Assembly (NCBI GenBank): GCA_037447605.1 | Contig: CM074810.1 | Span: 3,894,313-3,958,312, forward strand | Origin: Zygnema circumcarinatum SAG 698-1b | Lineage: Eukaryota > Plantae > Zygnematophyceae | Reading direction: 5' to 3' | DNA: 64,000 nucleotides | Made by a program: the position numbers and the translations under genes | The notes under the pieces: generated by a model | Database searches by the model: none | Told to the model about the DNA's origin: nothing | Seen by the model: only the letters and a program-made list of their open reading frames with translations | Shown here: positions 10,690 through 23,400 of the stretch, in pieces | How the letters are laid out: each line of letters starts with the position of its first letter | How positions within the stretch are numbered: the first letter of the stretch is position 1

Positions 10690-13600
10690 ATGGCTCTCCT
10701 TCCGCGGCTCCTCTCGCGCTGCAGGAGAGCGCGCGCAGTCGCCGCGTGGCGAGTGGTAGGGGAGGCGGGTGGCGGTCCGGGCGGACGGGAGCGTGCGGGG
10801 GCCGCCTGGGGAGGGGGAAGGAGGGAGCGCATCGCTACGCTGGGCGAGGCGAGGGAGGGGGAGTTGGATATGGCGGAGGGAGGGCGCGCATTGGAGGCCG
10901 GGTCTGCGGTAAAAATTAGGGTTGAAGGGGAATCAATGGAGCGGGAGACGAGGTATGGCGAAAAGAAGGAGCTTCCTACTGTTTTTGAATGCAGGGATGA
11001 AAGCATGTGTGATGGGGTGGAGGTGAGGCGAGGACTCGGATGTGGATTAATTTTCGGGAAGTCTGGAAACAATTCGATGTGGGCTGGAAATTCGCGGAGT
11101 GGGTTAGTGTTAGGGGGAGGGTTTTTGCAATTTAGGGCGGGAATGGAAGCAAGGTTTAGTACATATGTCAGATGCGATGTAGCTGACGCGGCAGTTCAGG
11201 AGAGATTGGAGGAGCGAATTGACAATGAAGGAGGGAGAGAGGAGGACGACAGCTCGGAAGAGTTTGGAGAAGGGAGAGAGTCAGATATCGACCCGTCGAG
11301 TTCTGTTGAATGGGACGACTTGCTTTCTTGGGGGGAGAAGGGAGGGAGAGGCGATGCCAAGGGGGCGAGGGAGGGTGTGATGAAAGAAGCTGAGATGAGT
11401 AGTTCAGCTCGAACGTCAAAATTACTGAGAAGCAATGACCCTGAAGGATGCGATGGAGCGATGGAGCCTGAAGGAAGCTCTGACAGCAGCAGGAGACGTA
11501 AAAAAAAGGGGAGAGAGAAAAAAAGGAGCAAATATGAGACGCTGGAATTGACGCAGATGGTCACGGCGGTGATGGTCGGGCGGCCGAATGTCGGCAAATC
11601 TGCTCTTTTCAATAGGTAGGGATGATAATGTTAAGGTTTTTATGGCTCTCTCTCTCACTACTCTCTTCGCATCTCTTCCTCTGCTCATTGTCTGCTCTCC
11701 CGCTCTTTTCGCCTGCCTCTTTCTCTGTTGCTCTCCCACCCTTGAGCTGCAAGTGGCCGCGTGGAACGACTGGAGGAGGGTTTCTTCCTGCTTGCAGTGC
11801 AGGCTGACTGGGAGACACGAGGCCTTGGTATACGACACCCCAGATGGTCACGTCACGCGGGATCATAAAGAAGGTGTTGCAAGAGTTGGAGATATTCGCC
11901 TCCGAGTCATCGACACGGCGGGATTGGATCCTTCTGCTACCTCGGAGAGCGTGCTTGGCAGAACCTCTCAGATTACACATAATGTGCTGAAGCGCTGCCA
12001 GTTGGCATTTTTCTTGTTGGATGGAAGGTGAGGTATTTTGCCCCTTATCCGAAATGCGCCATTTTATGTTTTTCACTCGGCCGGAAGTCATTGAGGTATT
12101 GTCTGCTTAGGTTGACTGGCTGGGCTCGGTCACATCTGAGAGAGGGGGAGTGGAGATAAATAGGATGGCGGGAGAAAGGAAGAAGGATAAGACGAGAAGG
12201 CGATAGTATTGGAAGAGAGAGAGATACAGAAGAGAGGAGAAAGGAACAGAGAGACGGGGAGAGAAAAAAGGTGGAGGAGAAAGGTCTCACAATGTTAGAG
12301 CTTCCATGAGAAGGCTTTTCATACGTTTTTCAAAGTGGCAGGGCTGGTCTGCAGCCTCATGATGCTGAAGTCGCCACCTGGCTGCGTCGTGCAGCCCCAC
12401 ATATTCGCGTCGTCCTTTTGGTGAATAAGTGTGAAGGCTTGGACGGCGATCGTGGAGGCCTTCTGCATGCGACTGTGGGGGAGGCGCATGTGCTAGGCCT
12501 GGGGGATCCTATTCCTATTTCTGCGGAGACAGGAGAAGGCCTTTCTGGCCTCTACAACAGGCTGCAGCCACTAATGGAGGCTGTGGAGAAGGAGAGAGGA
12601 GACTTGGAATTTCACGGAAACGTGGGAGGTGAGTCCGAACAGTCCGTTTTCTCGCCTTTGGGCCGCCGTTGCCGCAATGGATGTCAATGTATATGCACAC
12701 GAGTCGAAATTGCTTTGTTACCTTTGTACAACGGGGTCCGTAAAGGCTTACATTAAGGCTAAGCTCCAAAACTGTGCAGTTCGCCTTTCTGTCATTGAAT
12801 GCAAAAATCGCAGTCAGCTGAATTGAGATCCGCTTCAACTTCATCCTTCCAAAGTCATTTCCCATTTCCCATTTTTTTGAGCAGAAGAACTGGTCATTTC
12901 AGACGCATCAGAAGTTGTCTCATCGAGAGTCATCACATTGGAGAGAGGGGACAAAGGCAAAGCTGTGCCTGAAATTCCGCTCCAGCTGGCGATCTGTGGA
13001 AGGCCAAATGTGGGAAAGTCGACGCTTATGAATTCTCTTCTGGGCCAAGAGCGAGCTTTGACTGGGCCTGAACCCGGCCTCACTCGCGATTCCGTCCGAG
13101 AAAAGATTCTGTACAACGGAAAGGAAATTTGGCTGGTAGGCCGCATGGCACTTCACTGCCCTCGATGTGATAGGACGTGGGTCCCTGTTTTTGCAGTCCT
13201 ATGAATGGACAATGCAACCAACATTTGAGTCTGTAGATAGAAATTCTCCACCCAGCAAATCCTGGAAGCCATAGGAACCATAATACTGCTAAATATTTTT
13301 CAGCCTCGAGCTTGTCATTTTATTTGTTTCTCGGCGGGTTAGGAGTGCTGATGATTGGCTGCGGAAGTGTGCAGGTAGACACGGCCGGTTGGATTCAACG
13401 CGCTGAAGTAAAGGGCCGCGGCCCGGGAGCCATGGCTGCACAGGATGCTCGGAAGCGCTTGAAGCGCGCACAGGTCGTGGCACTTGTGCTCGATGCTACG
13501 GAGGTATGGCCTTGAACATTGGATGAGCCGCATCTTCTATACGTATGCCGTGGGGGGAGTGGGATTCTTTCTGAAATGACATCCATGTCGTCATCTATAG

Positions 13601-14542
13601 TTGTTTAGAACAGATTCACGAATGAACAAAACGCCGGGGGCATAGAAAGGATGGTGGCCGGAAAGAATGGAGGAAAGAGCCGCCTAGAGTTAAAAAAAGA
13701 AAGAGGAACGAGATGATTTCGTTGAAGGGGGGGTGGTTCAGATTGCCGGGAACAGAGCAACCTTGAAGCGATCGGAGATGGCCTTAGCGCGGTGGGTGGT
13801 GGAGGAAGGGCGCGCGCTGATCATCGTTATCAACAAAATGGACACTCTAGACGAGTCCCGTCACGACGCCCTGCGGCACCAGCTGGCAAAAGCTGTCCCT
13901 CTGGAAATCAAAGCGGCCCTCCCACAGGTTCGTTCTCTCTCTCATTGTCGTCGTCGCAAGCGGTTGGTTTCTCCCTGTGAAGAGAGAGACCTTCTGTGGA
14001 CTCAAAAGCCTCTGAACCCCTGAAAGCCCTATCCTGACGCGGCACGCGATGCAGATTGGCGAAGTGCCGCTCGTGTTCACCTCTGCCGTCCGGCGGGCGG
14101 CGAGAGAGCAGCTGCTGCCGGTTGTTGAGCGCAGCTTTGAGCGCTGGTGCACTCGCCTGCCGACCTCTGCGCTCAATCGCTGGCTGCAGAAGGTGAGAAA
14201 CTCCCCAGTTTGGCGCCTTTGTGTTGTGGGTATTCTGCAGCTTTCTTCAAACCTTTTTGTTGAGAGAGAAGATAAATTGAGGGAGACAGAAAGTTGAAGT
14301 TTTGTCGCGTTTGAGTGGCGGCGCAGCTGGTGGCGGTAACGCCCCAGAGCAGCGGCGGCGGATCCGTGCGCTACCTGACACAGATCAAGGCGCGGCCGCC
14401 CACGTTTGTGGCGTTCACGTCGGGCACGAAGACTCTCGGGGAAGCAGAGCTGCGCCACTTGGCGGCGTCCCTGCGGGAAGCATTCGACCTGGGGGGCACG
14501 CCCCTCCGCGTTTACGAGAGGCGCAAGCGCAAGCCGTCCTGA
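10690..14542 (+). CDS. engA: Organellar double-GTPase Der/EngA (ribosome biogenesis) with long N-terminal extension
   Basis: Exons 10690-11615, 11803-12027, 12342-12628, 12885-13135, 13375-13503, 13742-13927, 14055-14192, 14327-14542. Two G-domains ([16 protein letters not shown]; [16 protein letters not shown]) and KH-like tail ([13 protein letters not shown]). Start context gccgccATGG. Confidence 0.93.
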
Positions 14543-14875
14543 AGAGGCCTTCTCTCTTCTCTCGCTCTGCAGAGGGACCTGATTCCACTGCACTGCTTGC
14601 CAGGCACCTGTCTGTGCGAGCTGGCGCTTCAGGTGTTCTGTCACACTGTCAAGCTGCTTTGTACGAGAAGCACTGGATGTGAATTTACAACAAAATTGTA
14701 TAACAAGTCACAAAATGTGTCTACCACTGCTGTAGTTACAGTCAATCTCCTGTGCAAAATTTGTTGACTCTATTGACGGGGAACACCTCAACATTAAAAT
14801 ACAAAAAGAGAAAAAAATACATCATCAACTCTTTGAACCGTGACTGAGCTGTACACGCGTAGGCCAGACAGGCGC

Positions 14876-17077
14876 TCAAGTGGGAAGAGGGCCGTAGCCA
14901 TCGTCGGCCGCATCAAATGGGAAGCCAGCAAACAGGCTCGCAAAGAGGAGTCCAAGCGTGACGAAAATTGCGAGGAGGAAGTTGCGCACTTTCTGCCGCA
15001 TCCGAAGGGCGAGGACGCTGCTGAGAGCGGCCAGACCTGCGTCCAGCGCGAGCGCCTCATCCGGGGAGATGGCAGCCATTCTCAGAACCTCCTTGCGGGC
15101 GGCGCTCACAGTCGCGGCTGCCATCTTCACATCCCCCTTGCGGAGAAGGACCCCGAGCCTGCTCAGCTGCAGGCGGGTCGCCGCTTCCCCTTCTACAGGC
15201 GGATAATGACATTTCTTGCCCACCACTTCATTCTGCAGCTGAACAATGGACCGCATGTGAAGCCGTGCACTCTATGCACCCATCAATACTGATAAGCCTT
15301 CCTCGTCAGTTCGAGAACAACATTGAAATCCACGGGATGGAACCGCGATGAAACCATTACTGCCACCTATCACCCAATGTTTTGGAAAACAAAGCAAAAA
15401 AAAAGGACAGTCTCGACTTTTACCGATTCCGTTAGCTCTTGCTTTTTCTAAAATATAAGCATATGATAAGCACATAATAAGCACATGAGCATATGAAGAT
15501 GGCTAACGAAGCGAGCACTTACCTGTCTGACGGCATCTCCACCATCAGAGCTGGACGTTGCCAAATCCAATAGAGGGCTATGCTTTTGGTTCAAAGCCTT
15601 CTCACAAAAGTTCGTGGGAGGCGGTGTCTTGGGTGAATGTTCACTCGAGGCTGTAGCCAGAAGTCCGGCATTTTCCTCCATGGAATTTGATTCATGGGCT
15701 GTCAAGGTTTCTTCAGCAGAGTGACCCCAATAGCCTTCATAAACTTCAAATTTTCCTTGCAAGGCAGACTGGATAGATGGCGAAGCGGAAGCCAAACGAA
15801 AGGTATTTGCTTGAGCACGGGGCGAATCTTGAACAATAGAACCAGAATCGTTTGCACCTTGCAAACATAAACGCAATCCCACATCTTCCTGGCTGCTGCC
15901 AGAAGCTTGAGTTCCAGGATTATCTGATTCTGTCATGGAACTTGACGTTGGAGTGGAAGCGGACGAGCTCTCCTTCGTTCCATCCACATCTCCCGAGAGG
16001 AAGGTTCCAGCGGTCGATTTGGCTGCTGATCCTTTATCCCTGCCAACACTGTCACTTTCACCTGTGACTGTCGCCGATGAAAGGTTGATACTCTGCAGAA
16101 TAAAGCAACAATAAGAACATGGCAAAAGCCAGATTAAACAAAAAATGAGGCGAGTTAATCTCCTCCAGGAAAAAGGGGGAAAGTCTAGCTGTAAAACTTA
16201 ATTAAACTTCTCATGATATCAAAATTAAATGAACATGTTACTATCAGCCATCCTATGTCAACCAAGGATAGCCAAGGCCCTGAAACACTAGCTTCAAGAT
16301 TTTCGGCATGATGCTCCCAAGCTGCATCATCCACGGAAAGATCATGTGTGATGTTCACGAAACACAAATGCACAGGTCAGTACCATCAAATTACACATGA
16401 AAGCACAGTTGCGTCATGTCAAGTGCCGAACGTGTAGTGAATCGGGAGAAAAAAAACACGATGTTTTAAGAAGAAAGTTGCGCATGCCGAACAAACTGAG
16501 TGAAACGTCATGCAGCATTGCATCACCAAAAATGAAAGAAGAAGGATACAAGTACGGCGATATCCAGAATCCCCTTCAATAGTCCAGATAAAGAGGGAAA
16601 ACGAAAAATGACCTCGAGCAGGGAAATGCGCTGTGTATGATGATCAGGGAACTCCAAAACTTTCTGTCCTACCAAACCAAATGCCAAAGATGATTTCATT
16701 CGTCGCATCATGCCGGTCAGCGGAGCAACCTCGGATGATCATTCCCCTCTCGACCATACCTCTACTACTTTCAATAAGAAATCGACGAAGGAAATCAATA
16801 TTATTGTTTCGTTATTTCTTGGAAAGAAGAAAAATTCTATCCTCTACCGGCTGACAGTTTCAGCAAGCTTTCACCGGCATGAACTTACAGTTGCGCCCTT
16901 CACCTTGGCTGTCGCCACAGCGTTCGGTCTCACGATGTTCTTTCCCTTTGAACCAGTGACACGCGAGATGATTTGAGAACCAGAGCTGCCGCTCCCTTCA
17001 CTACTTCTAGTGCGGCCGGACTTTGAAGACTCTGAGTTCTTCGGAACGGGATGAATGTCTCTCGTTCTACTGTTCAT
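14876..17077 (-). CDS. Ser/Thr-rich protein with C-terminal transmembrane tail anchor; unknown function
   Basis: Exons 17077-16889, 16092-15523, 15271-14876, all phase 0 with GT-AG. C-terminus EVLRMAAISPDEALALDAGLAAL...RQKVRNFLLAIFVTLGLLFASLF...GPLPT* resembles a plant-conserved uncharacterised family I cannot name. Extra small exons are possible. Confidence 0.65.
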
Positions 17078-17259
17078 GGCTGAAGCAGCTCAGCGTAGCA
17101 CACAATGCAAAGCCTACAATTCACGAGATCATCGCTATCGAACAAAACACCTTGCAACAACTCCAGGGACCTCTTGCAAGCAGCAAGCGCAGCAGAAGCA
17201 GCCGTGAATGAGGGACCTCTTGAAAGAAAAGAAAAGCGGTCCTTCAACAGCAATTCTTT

Positions 17260-17310
<51 letters not shown>

Positions 17311-18065
17311 CCTCTGTCCCAATTCAATCAATCCCTCCCTCCCGTGCCGCGCACTGCCCGACTGCCTGGCGATGTTGGACGTCCCACGCGTCCTCCGTCC
17401 CCTGCCGCCCGCCCGCACGCCCGCCTCCAGTCGCTGACGTTTGCTTGCCAGCACTATGGCGTCATAGTGCCAATTTCGTGACGTCGCATCGCGTCACGCA
17501 GTGCGGCACAGCTGGCCTCCGTCCCCCGGAGTTGACGTCACATTTTGCACATATTGACGCCATGACCGGGTGCAGTGCAGTCCATCCGAATCCGGCCAAT
17601 CATGTCATGCCACGTGGACGAAGGTTGACGACCGAAAACTAGTTTGTGACGCTTTGTGCGCGCGCGATGGCCGATAGGGCCGCAGGGCCGCGAGGGCGGG
17701 CGGGGGAGAGAGGTTGCTGGCGGCAAACCAAACAAGCACGGTGGGCAGCGTAGAGCTGCATCCCTCCCTCCTGCAAAATGCGCGTGGCGGGTCTGCGGCA
17801 GGCAGCCGGGCGGGCGCGGCCCTCACTGCCCTTACGGGATGTCGCTAAACCAAAACTGGGCATGATATAATGACAACCGCTTCTGGACCGCGTTTCAAGA
17901 CCTCGTTGATCTCGGACAGATTGGGAGGATTAGATCGTGGCTGCTCTGTCCCCTCTCGCCACATCCCTTCCTGCCGCTGCTGAAAAGAGTAACACAGGAA
18001 GGGACGAGAGAGGTGACAAGAAGAGAGAAAGACTGTCTTCGGAGCTGGAAAATCTTCTTGAAAAC

Positions 18066-19128
18066 ATGGATTACAGAATCGGACTCTTCCTGTTTTGGAG
18101 TCTTTTCTGGAGTATGTGCGCTGCAAGCTTGATTGATGTATCGCAAGCCGCAAAGCTCAGCGCGCTGTCTGCAAAATCAATGGGCAGCGTATTGGCAGTT
18201 GTGTGGGCAAGCCAAGTCATGGCAATTTCCTTCATGGAGGCCTGGGTAATACTCTCTCTACAGGGTTTTCCTTTTTCCTTTTAAACATGAAATATTTTTC
18301 AATTCTGACGAGGCCTGGATCGAACTTTAATGCTGCAGGTGTCTCTGAATTCCCTAATTCAAAGAAAGCTTTCCAGGCAATTTACAGTTGAATTGGAACA
18401 TATTCCATGAAAATCAATGACTTCTTGCTATAGTACTCGCCGCGTGCATGCCTTTTCCATATGTTTATGAAGAGCAGTTGATTCCCAGTGACTAGATGGT
18501 TTGATCGCTTGTCATGAGGAAGTCGTCATGTATGGATGTTTGGATGTAAATAATGGATGCAGTTGCATGTTGGAGGTGGTCATGGAATGTCAGTCCGCGA
18601 GCAGACTGCCCAGGCGTCGATTTCAGAGCTGTGAAGGCGGTGGACTACCATCTTTCCCAGCATTATTCAGCCTCCCTTGAGGCTTTATTGGATTTGCAGG
18701 TGAAATTTGGCGCACCGTACCTAACCAGACCTGCGGCGTTAGATGTTGGTCGCCGCATCTTCCGGGCTTTCAACAGCATGGAGCTTGCGCATGCGGTAGC
18801 CCTCACTTTTTTTGCTTCTGTAGCCAACAAGGTGTTCCCTGACAGGAAGGCAGACTACGCCATTGGAGCGTTGGCATTGATATTGTTGACGCAAGTACTC
18901 TGGCTCACACCGCAACTCAGCCTTCTTGCATCGCATTGCATTGCCTCTGCAAGGAAAGACGAGCTTCCAGAGTCATTGCACATTGAGCAAGAAAGGCTCA
19001 AACAAGTGATAGCAGGCAAGAATAAGCCTAGCAAAGCCTTGCACGCTTTGTACATCTTCTTTGAACTGGTCAAGATCGGAGCCCTGCTTCTCCTAGTATC
19101 CATCTGGAAGACCTCTATCGAAGGCTGA
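18066..19128 (+). CDS. Multi-pass membrane protein, bacterial 'AISFMEAWxKFxAP' type (DUF4149/TMEM205-like)
   Basis: Exons 18066-18245 and 18700-19128 join to ...QVMAISFMEAW|VKFGAPYLTRPAALDVGRRIFRAFNSME...LHALYIFFELVK. Four to five hydrophobic segments. Confidence 0.8.
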
Positions 19129-20497
19129 ACCCAGGTTCCCTCTTGGACTTTCTCCTTAAAGAATTGGTTGCCATATTTTTTGAGCTTGTATTTCTTCCTT
19201 TTACTCCTCTTATGGCTGAACGATTGTCAATTTTTAAAAGTACATAGTTTCACCGCATGCTTCTGAAAGTTGGTTGACGGCTCGGAAGTTAAGAGATAAC
19301 GTAGTCCGTGCATAGAAAGTTTCACATGGGCTATGCAAATCAGCTGTTTGCATCATATTTTATTTGTCATCTCATAGTGTAGTTGGCCTTTCAAATTCCA
19401 TTGTTCGCTCAAACTTCTCATATTTGGAGATAACGAAACAATCTTGTATGCTTTAGTCATATATACGAGAGAAGAATCGAATATGAAGCCAACGACGTTT
19501 CTTCAGCCCTTCCAATCTCAGGGCAGGTCGACACTGTGGCTGGACACTCATGACGAGGCTGGAGAGTGTCTCTCGCTTCAGACTCTCGTCCGCATGCGGA
19601 CCATGACTGCCAAAAGGACCTGTGCCAATGTACTCCCATTCCAAAAGAGGGCAACAAAAGGGCTACTGCTGCCGCTGCTCCTGCTGCACTGCAGAGGGCA
19701 CAGCACGGCTAGCCCCCTGCTGTGCAGCCACCTACGCCTTCCCACGCGCAGAAGCAGCAGCAGTGGCTTCCACGCTTTGACTTGCAAGCTCCCTCAAGCA
19801 ATTCACACCGCAACAGCCCCATCCTCTCCAGAACAGGCGACAGTGTCCCCTGGATAGGCTGCTGCCATGGCGTGAAGCTCACCTTGAATCTCATGCTTGC
19901 AGTAGTTTCGGCAGTCAGGCGGCCATGCGTTAGATCGGTTCTCAGAATGGCCAGCACAGTCCAGAAGAAAGGGCCGAGCCAGGCGTGTCGTCCTCTCTTT
20001 CTCTCTCTGCCTCTCCGACTCTGAACGCAACGGCGCTGCGCGCGACGAGCGTGCGGTACGCGGCCCCGCCCCGCCAAAGAGCGGGGGAGAGGGAGGTCAG
20101 GCGGCGGCGCTGGCCTCGGCGCTGGAGCAGGAGCAGGGTCCCTACCGCCATAGGCCCGGGCCCAGTCCCAGTCCTGGCCGCCATGCCGGTGTGCCGCTGA
20201 AGGGCGCCTGCTGCTCCTGCTGCTGCTGCCGTACTGCGTAGCTTCGATTTCGCGGCTTGCGCTCCCGATGGCGATGCAGCACAGCCGGCACGGCTGTGCA
20301 CCACCCCCCTTTTTTTTTTAAAGGGCAACCATGCGTTGCTTCACTCGCCGTGAGGACGATGAGGCGAGCCTAATCTGTGCTCTGTCATCACATCAATACT
20401 TGGAATGTCCTCAGCACTAGACTTAGGTTTAGGGCTAGTGTAAGGGGACGGGAGGACGAGCATTTCTGAAACATTAGCCTCGGGCGAAGTGCCAGAA

Positions 20498-23400
20498 ATG
20501 GCTGTGAACTCGGAGATAGGAGAGCAAACGCCGTCACAATTCCTTTATGATACTCTTGGCCCTGTTCTAAGCCACGAAGGAGTGGGAGAGGGCGAAAGAG
20601 TCGGCGAGCCCTTCCTTTCCAGGCTCCTGCAATCTCCCACATTAGGAGGAGAGATTGCTGTAGTGGTGAAGGAGGAGCCCTTCATAGCGGATGATGGGAA
20701 CTTCATTGCTCTGGAAGATAAGGATGTAGCTTCTGAGGAGGAATGGGACGGTCTGGAAGACGGAGAGCTGCGCTCGAGAGGCGGTGAAGATGCCGCAGAA
20801 GCTCTCCTTTCGAGCCCTCCTCCGTGGCTTGGAGGGGGCCAGCAGGCGCAGGCTCAAAGCCCCTTCCTGCGGCTGCATCAAGGTTTGCTTGCAGGCATTC
20901 ACCTGATAGACTTAGTGTTAACAAGCTGCGATGAATTTACCCGCGCGGTATTTTGAATATGTTGAGGGCAAACGGGGCAGACGAGTGATGCATGAAGGAT
21001 TAGGGCAGAGTCCACTCTGTCCACTTTTTCATGAAAGGTGGCAGAAAGGCAGAAACTTCCTCTTTCACTTTTGGCGACTGAAAGTGGAAGTTGACGACAC
21101 CAACTGGCACACAGTCTGATTTGGGAACACCATGTCTGGGGGCAAGAGCAGAAATTATTAGATTTTGCGATTTTGTAGCGCCCACAGAAGCGGAGCAGCG
21201 CAAGCGTAAGGAGGCTGTGGCGCGTGTCAGTGAAGTCGTTCAATCTGTATGGCCTAACAGCACTGTGAGTTAGTTCTGCCTTTTTTTTGTTGCAGGCTCT
21301 TCTGAAAGCAAGCGAGAGACAGAGAGAGAAAGAGTTTTTGCGAACAAAGCCGCTTTTAGAAACACTGCAGATGTTTTACTTGTTTGCCCTAATCCTCTGC
21401 TTACAATCATGTAGGAAACATCGTCTCTGCAGCAGCATACTCTGAGTGGTTGGTTTTATTATTGGCAGGACAGGTGAAAGTCTTTGGATCTTATGCAACA
21501 GGGCTATACCTTCCAACAAGTGACTGCGATGTACGTTTTTTTCTCACTGATTGAGAAGGATGTACGGAGTAGTGAATCCAACCCTATTTTTTAGCTCTTT
21601 CTTGTCGTAGACAGATTTTGATAACAATCAGAAGGCACTGCAAGCTTAGAACGGATAAAATCCACACCTAGAAAGGCCTAATACATTTTTTTAAAAGCAG
21701 CGAAACTACTCACAATTTTTGAAGTCGATTGGGAGGATAGGTGGTGGTCCTTGGCTCTCAATGCAGCTCTCTACAGCAGGGTTTGCGGGCACTCTCGATC
21801 GCACTCACGCGGCAGGGTGTTGCAAAGAAAATGCAGGTAATCTTAAAACGGAGTTCATGCATTAAGTGGTTTCGCTAGCAGAGGCATTGAGGAACAACTT
21901 CAATCGTTTCGTTGTAAATTATTTAGTTATGTGATGTCTCCCCTGAATTAGAGGTGAACGGGGACAATATTGCTCAAGTTTACCTGGAATCATTTCCGGG
22001 GCTCCCATATTGAAATTGAATAATCAATTGCACGATCGCATTCCCTTTCTGCATGCACGCCTGTTTACCTTAAGCCAATAATTACTAGGGTTTTTAGAAT
22101 AGGGCTCTTTCCAATGGTATAGACATAAGGATGATGGCGGGGTTTCTACAGGTGATTGCACATGCACGGGTTCCCATCATCAAGTTTGTGGACGTAGAAA
22201 CCGACATTGCCTTCGATGTCAGGTTGTTCTTGAAGAAGGCCACTTTCCCTTTCTGTCACCTCTACTTCTGCTTATTTTTTATGGGAGATGTTTTATCTGA
22301 AGAAGGCTCCTATTGGGAGGGGGTAAGCTACTTACATATGCAGCATCTGAATGATGGCTCGGGGATTGTGCAGCTTTAATGTGTCGAACGGCCCTGATGC
22401 AGCAGCCTTCATTCAGGTAACTTCCAACGCGGTTTTTTCCATCTACATGAGCATGTAGGCAGCGTGAATGCATCTATCAACCTTATAACATGTTTGGGAT
22501 TTGCGGCCTAAGCCCCCCATGCCCTTCACATGAAGAGTTTGTCAATTGATGCGGGGTTAGAAAGTGAATGTGTGTCTCCTACCGAGTCATCTACGGTGTT
22601 GGTCCATTGCAGGCAGCCATGCAGGAGCTTCCGCCTCTCAAACCGCTTTCCATGGTGCTGAAGATTTTTTTGCAGCAGCGCGAGCTTAACGAGGTTGGTG
22701 TCGCCATCACTTGCATGAGCAACCAGGAGTGAGGTGGCTTTTACTTCTAGAAGAATAACCAAGAAAGCATTTAAGCCACCTTCTCCTCCATGCAAGCAGT
22801 AATGACGGGCAATGCATCTTGCATTCATCTTCTCGGGTTGTTGCCAGGTCTACACAGGAGGCATCGGATCATATGCTCTTCTCACAATGCTTATGGCACA
22901 CCTTCAGGTGCGATTCTTCCCTCTTTCCTCCTCTGATCCGAGGGATCAGGTGCCGTATTACATGGTACAATGCGATCTGATAACATGCGTGTTATTTGAT
23001 GATGCGCTGGGAAGGTGATGCAATGAGACGTGCCACAAGTCGGTTGATGTGACATGATTGTGTGCTTTACGGTTCGACAGTATTGAGTGCGGACAGTCCT
23101 GACCCGGGGGGAAGGAGGGAGCGGGGGAAGCAGCTGCATCCCAGTTGGCGTCGGGAGAATGGCACGCTGGAGGCCAACCTTGGTGTGCTGCTGGTGGGTC
23201 CATTGAAGATGATAACGTCCTGCTTCCTATTCATATGTCTCCGTATCATCCGTGGGAATGGCTATATTCCAATGAGCGAATCATGGATATGCTGGTTGGA
23301 TTAAGCCCAGCTCTTTTGAGTTGAGGGCGGTCTTCCAGGCAGGCAGAGCCGATAGAGCTCTTGGGTGTGGCTAGGGACTACCTGAATTACAATCCAGAAA

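Noticed and set aside
17074-17454. 126-aa minus-strand ORF containing an RE repeat
   Set aside because: Includes a (GA)n microsatellite and is best explained as 5' UTR/intron of the gene starting at 17077.
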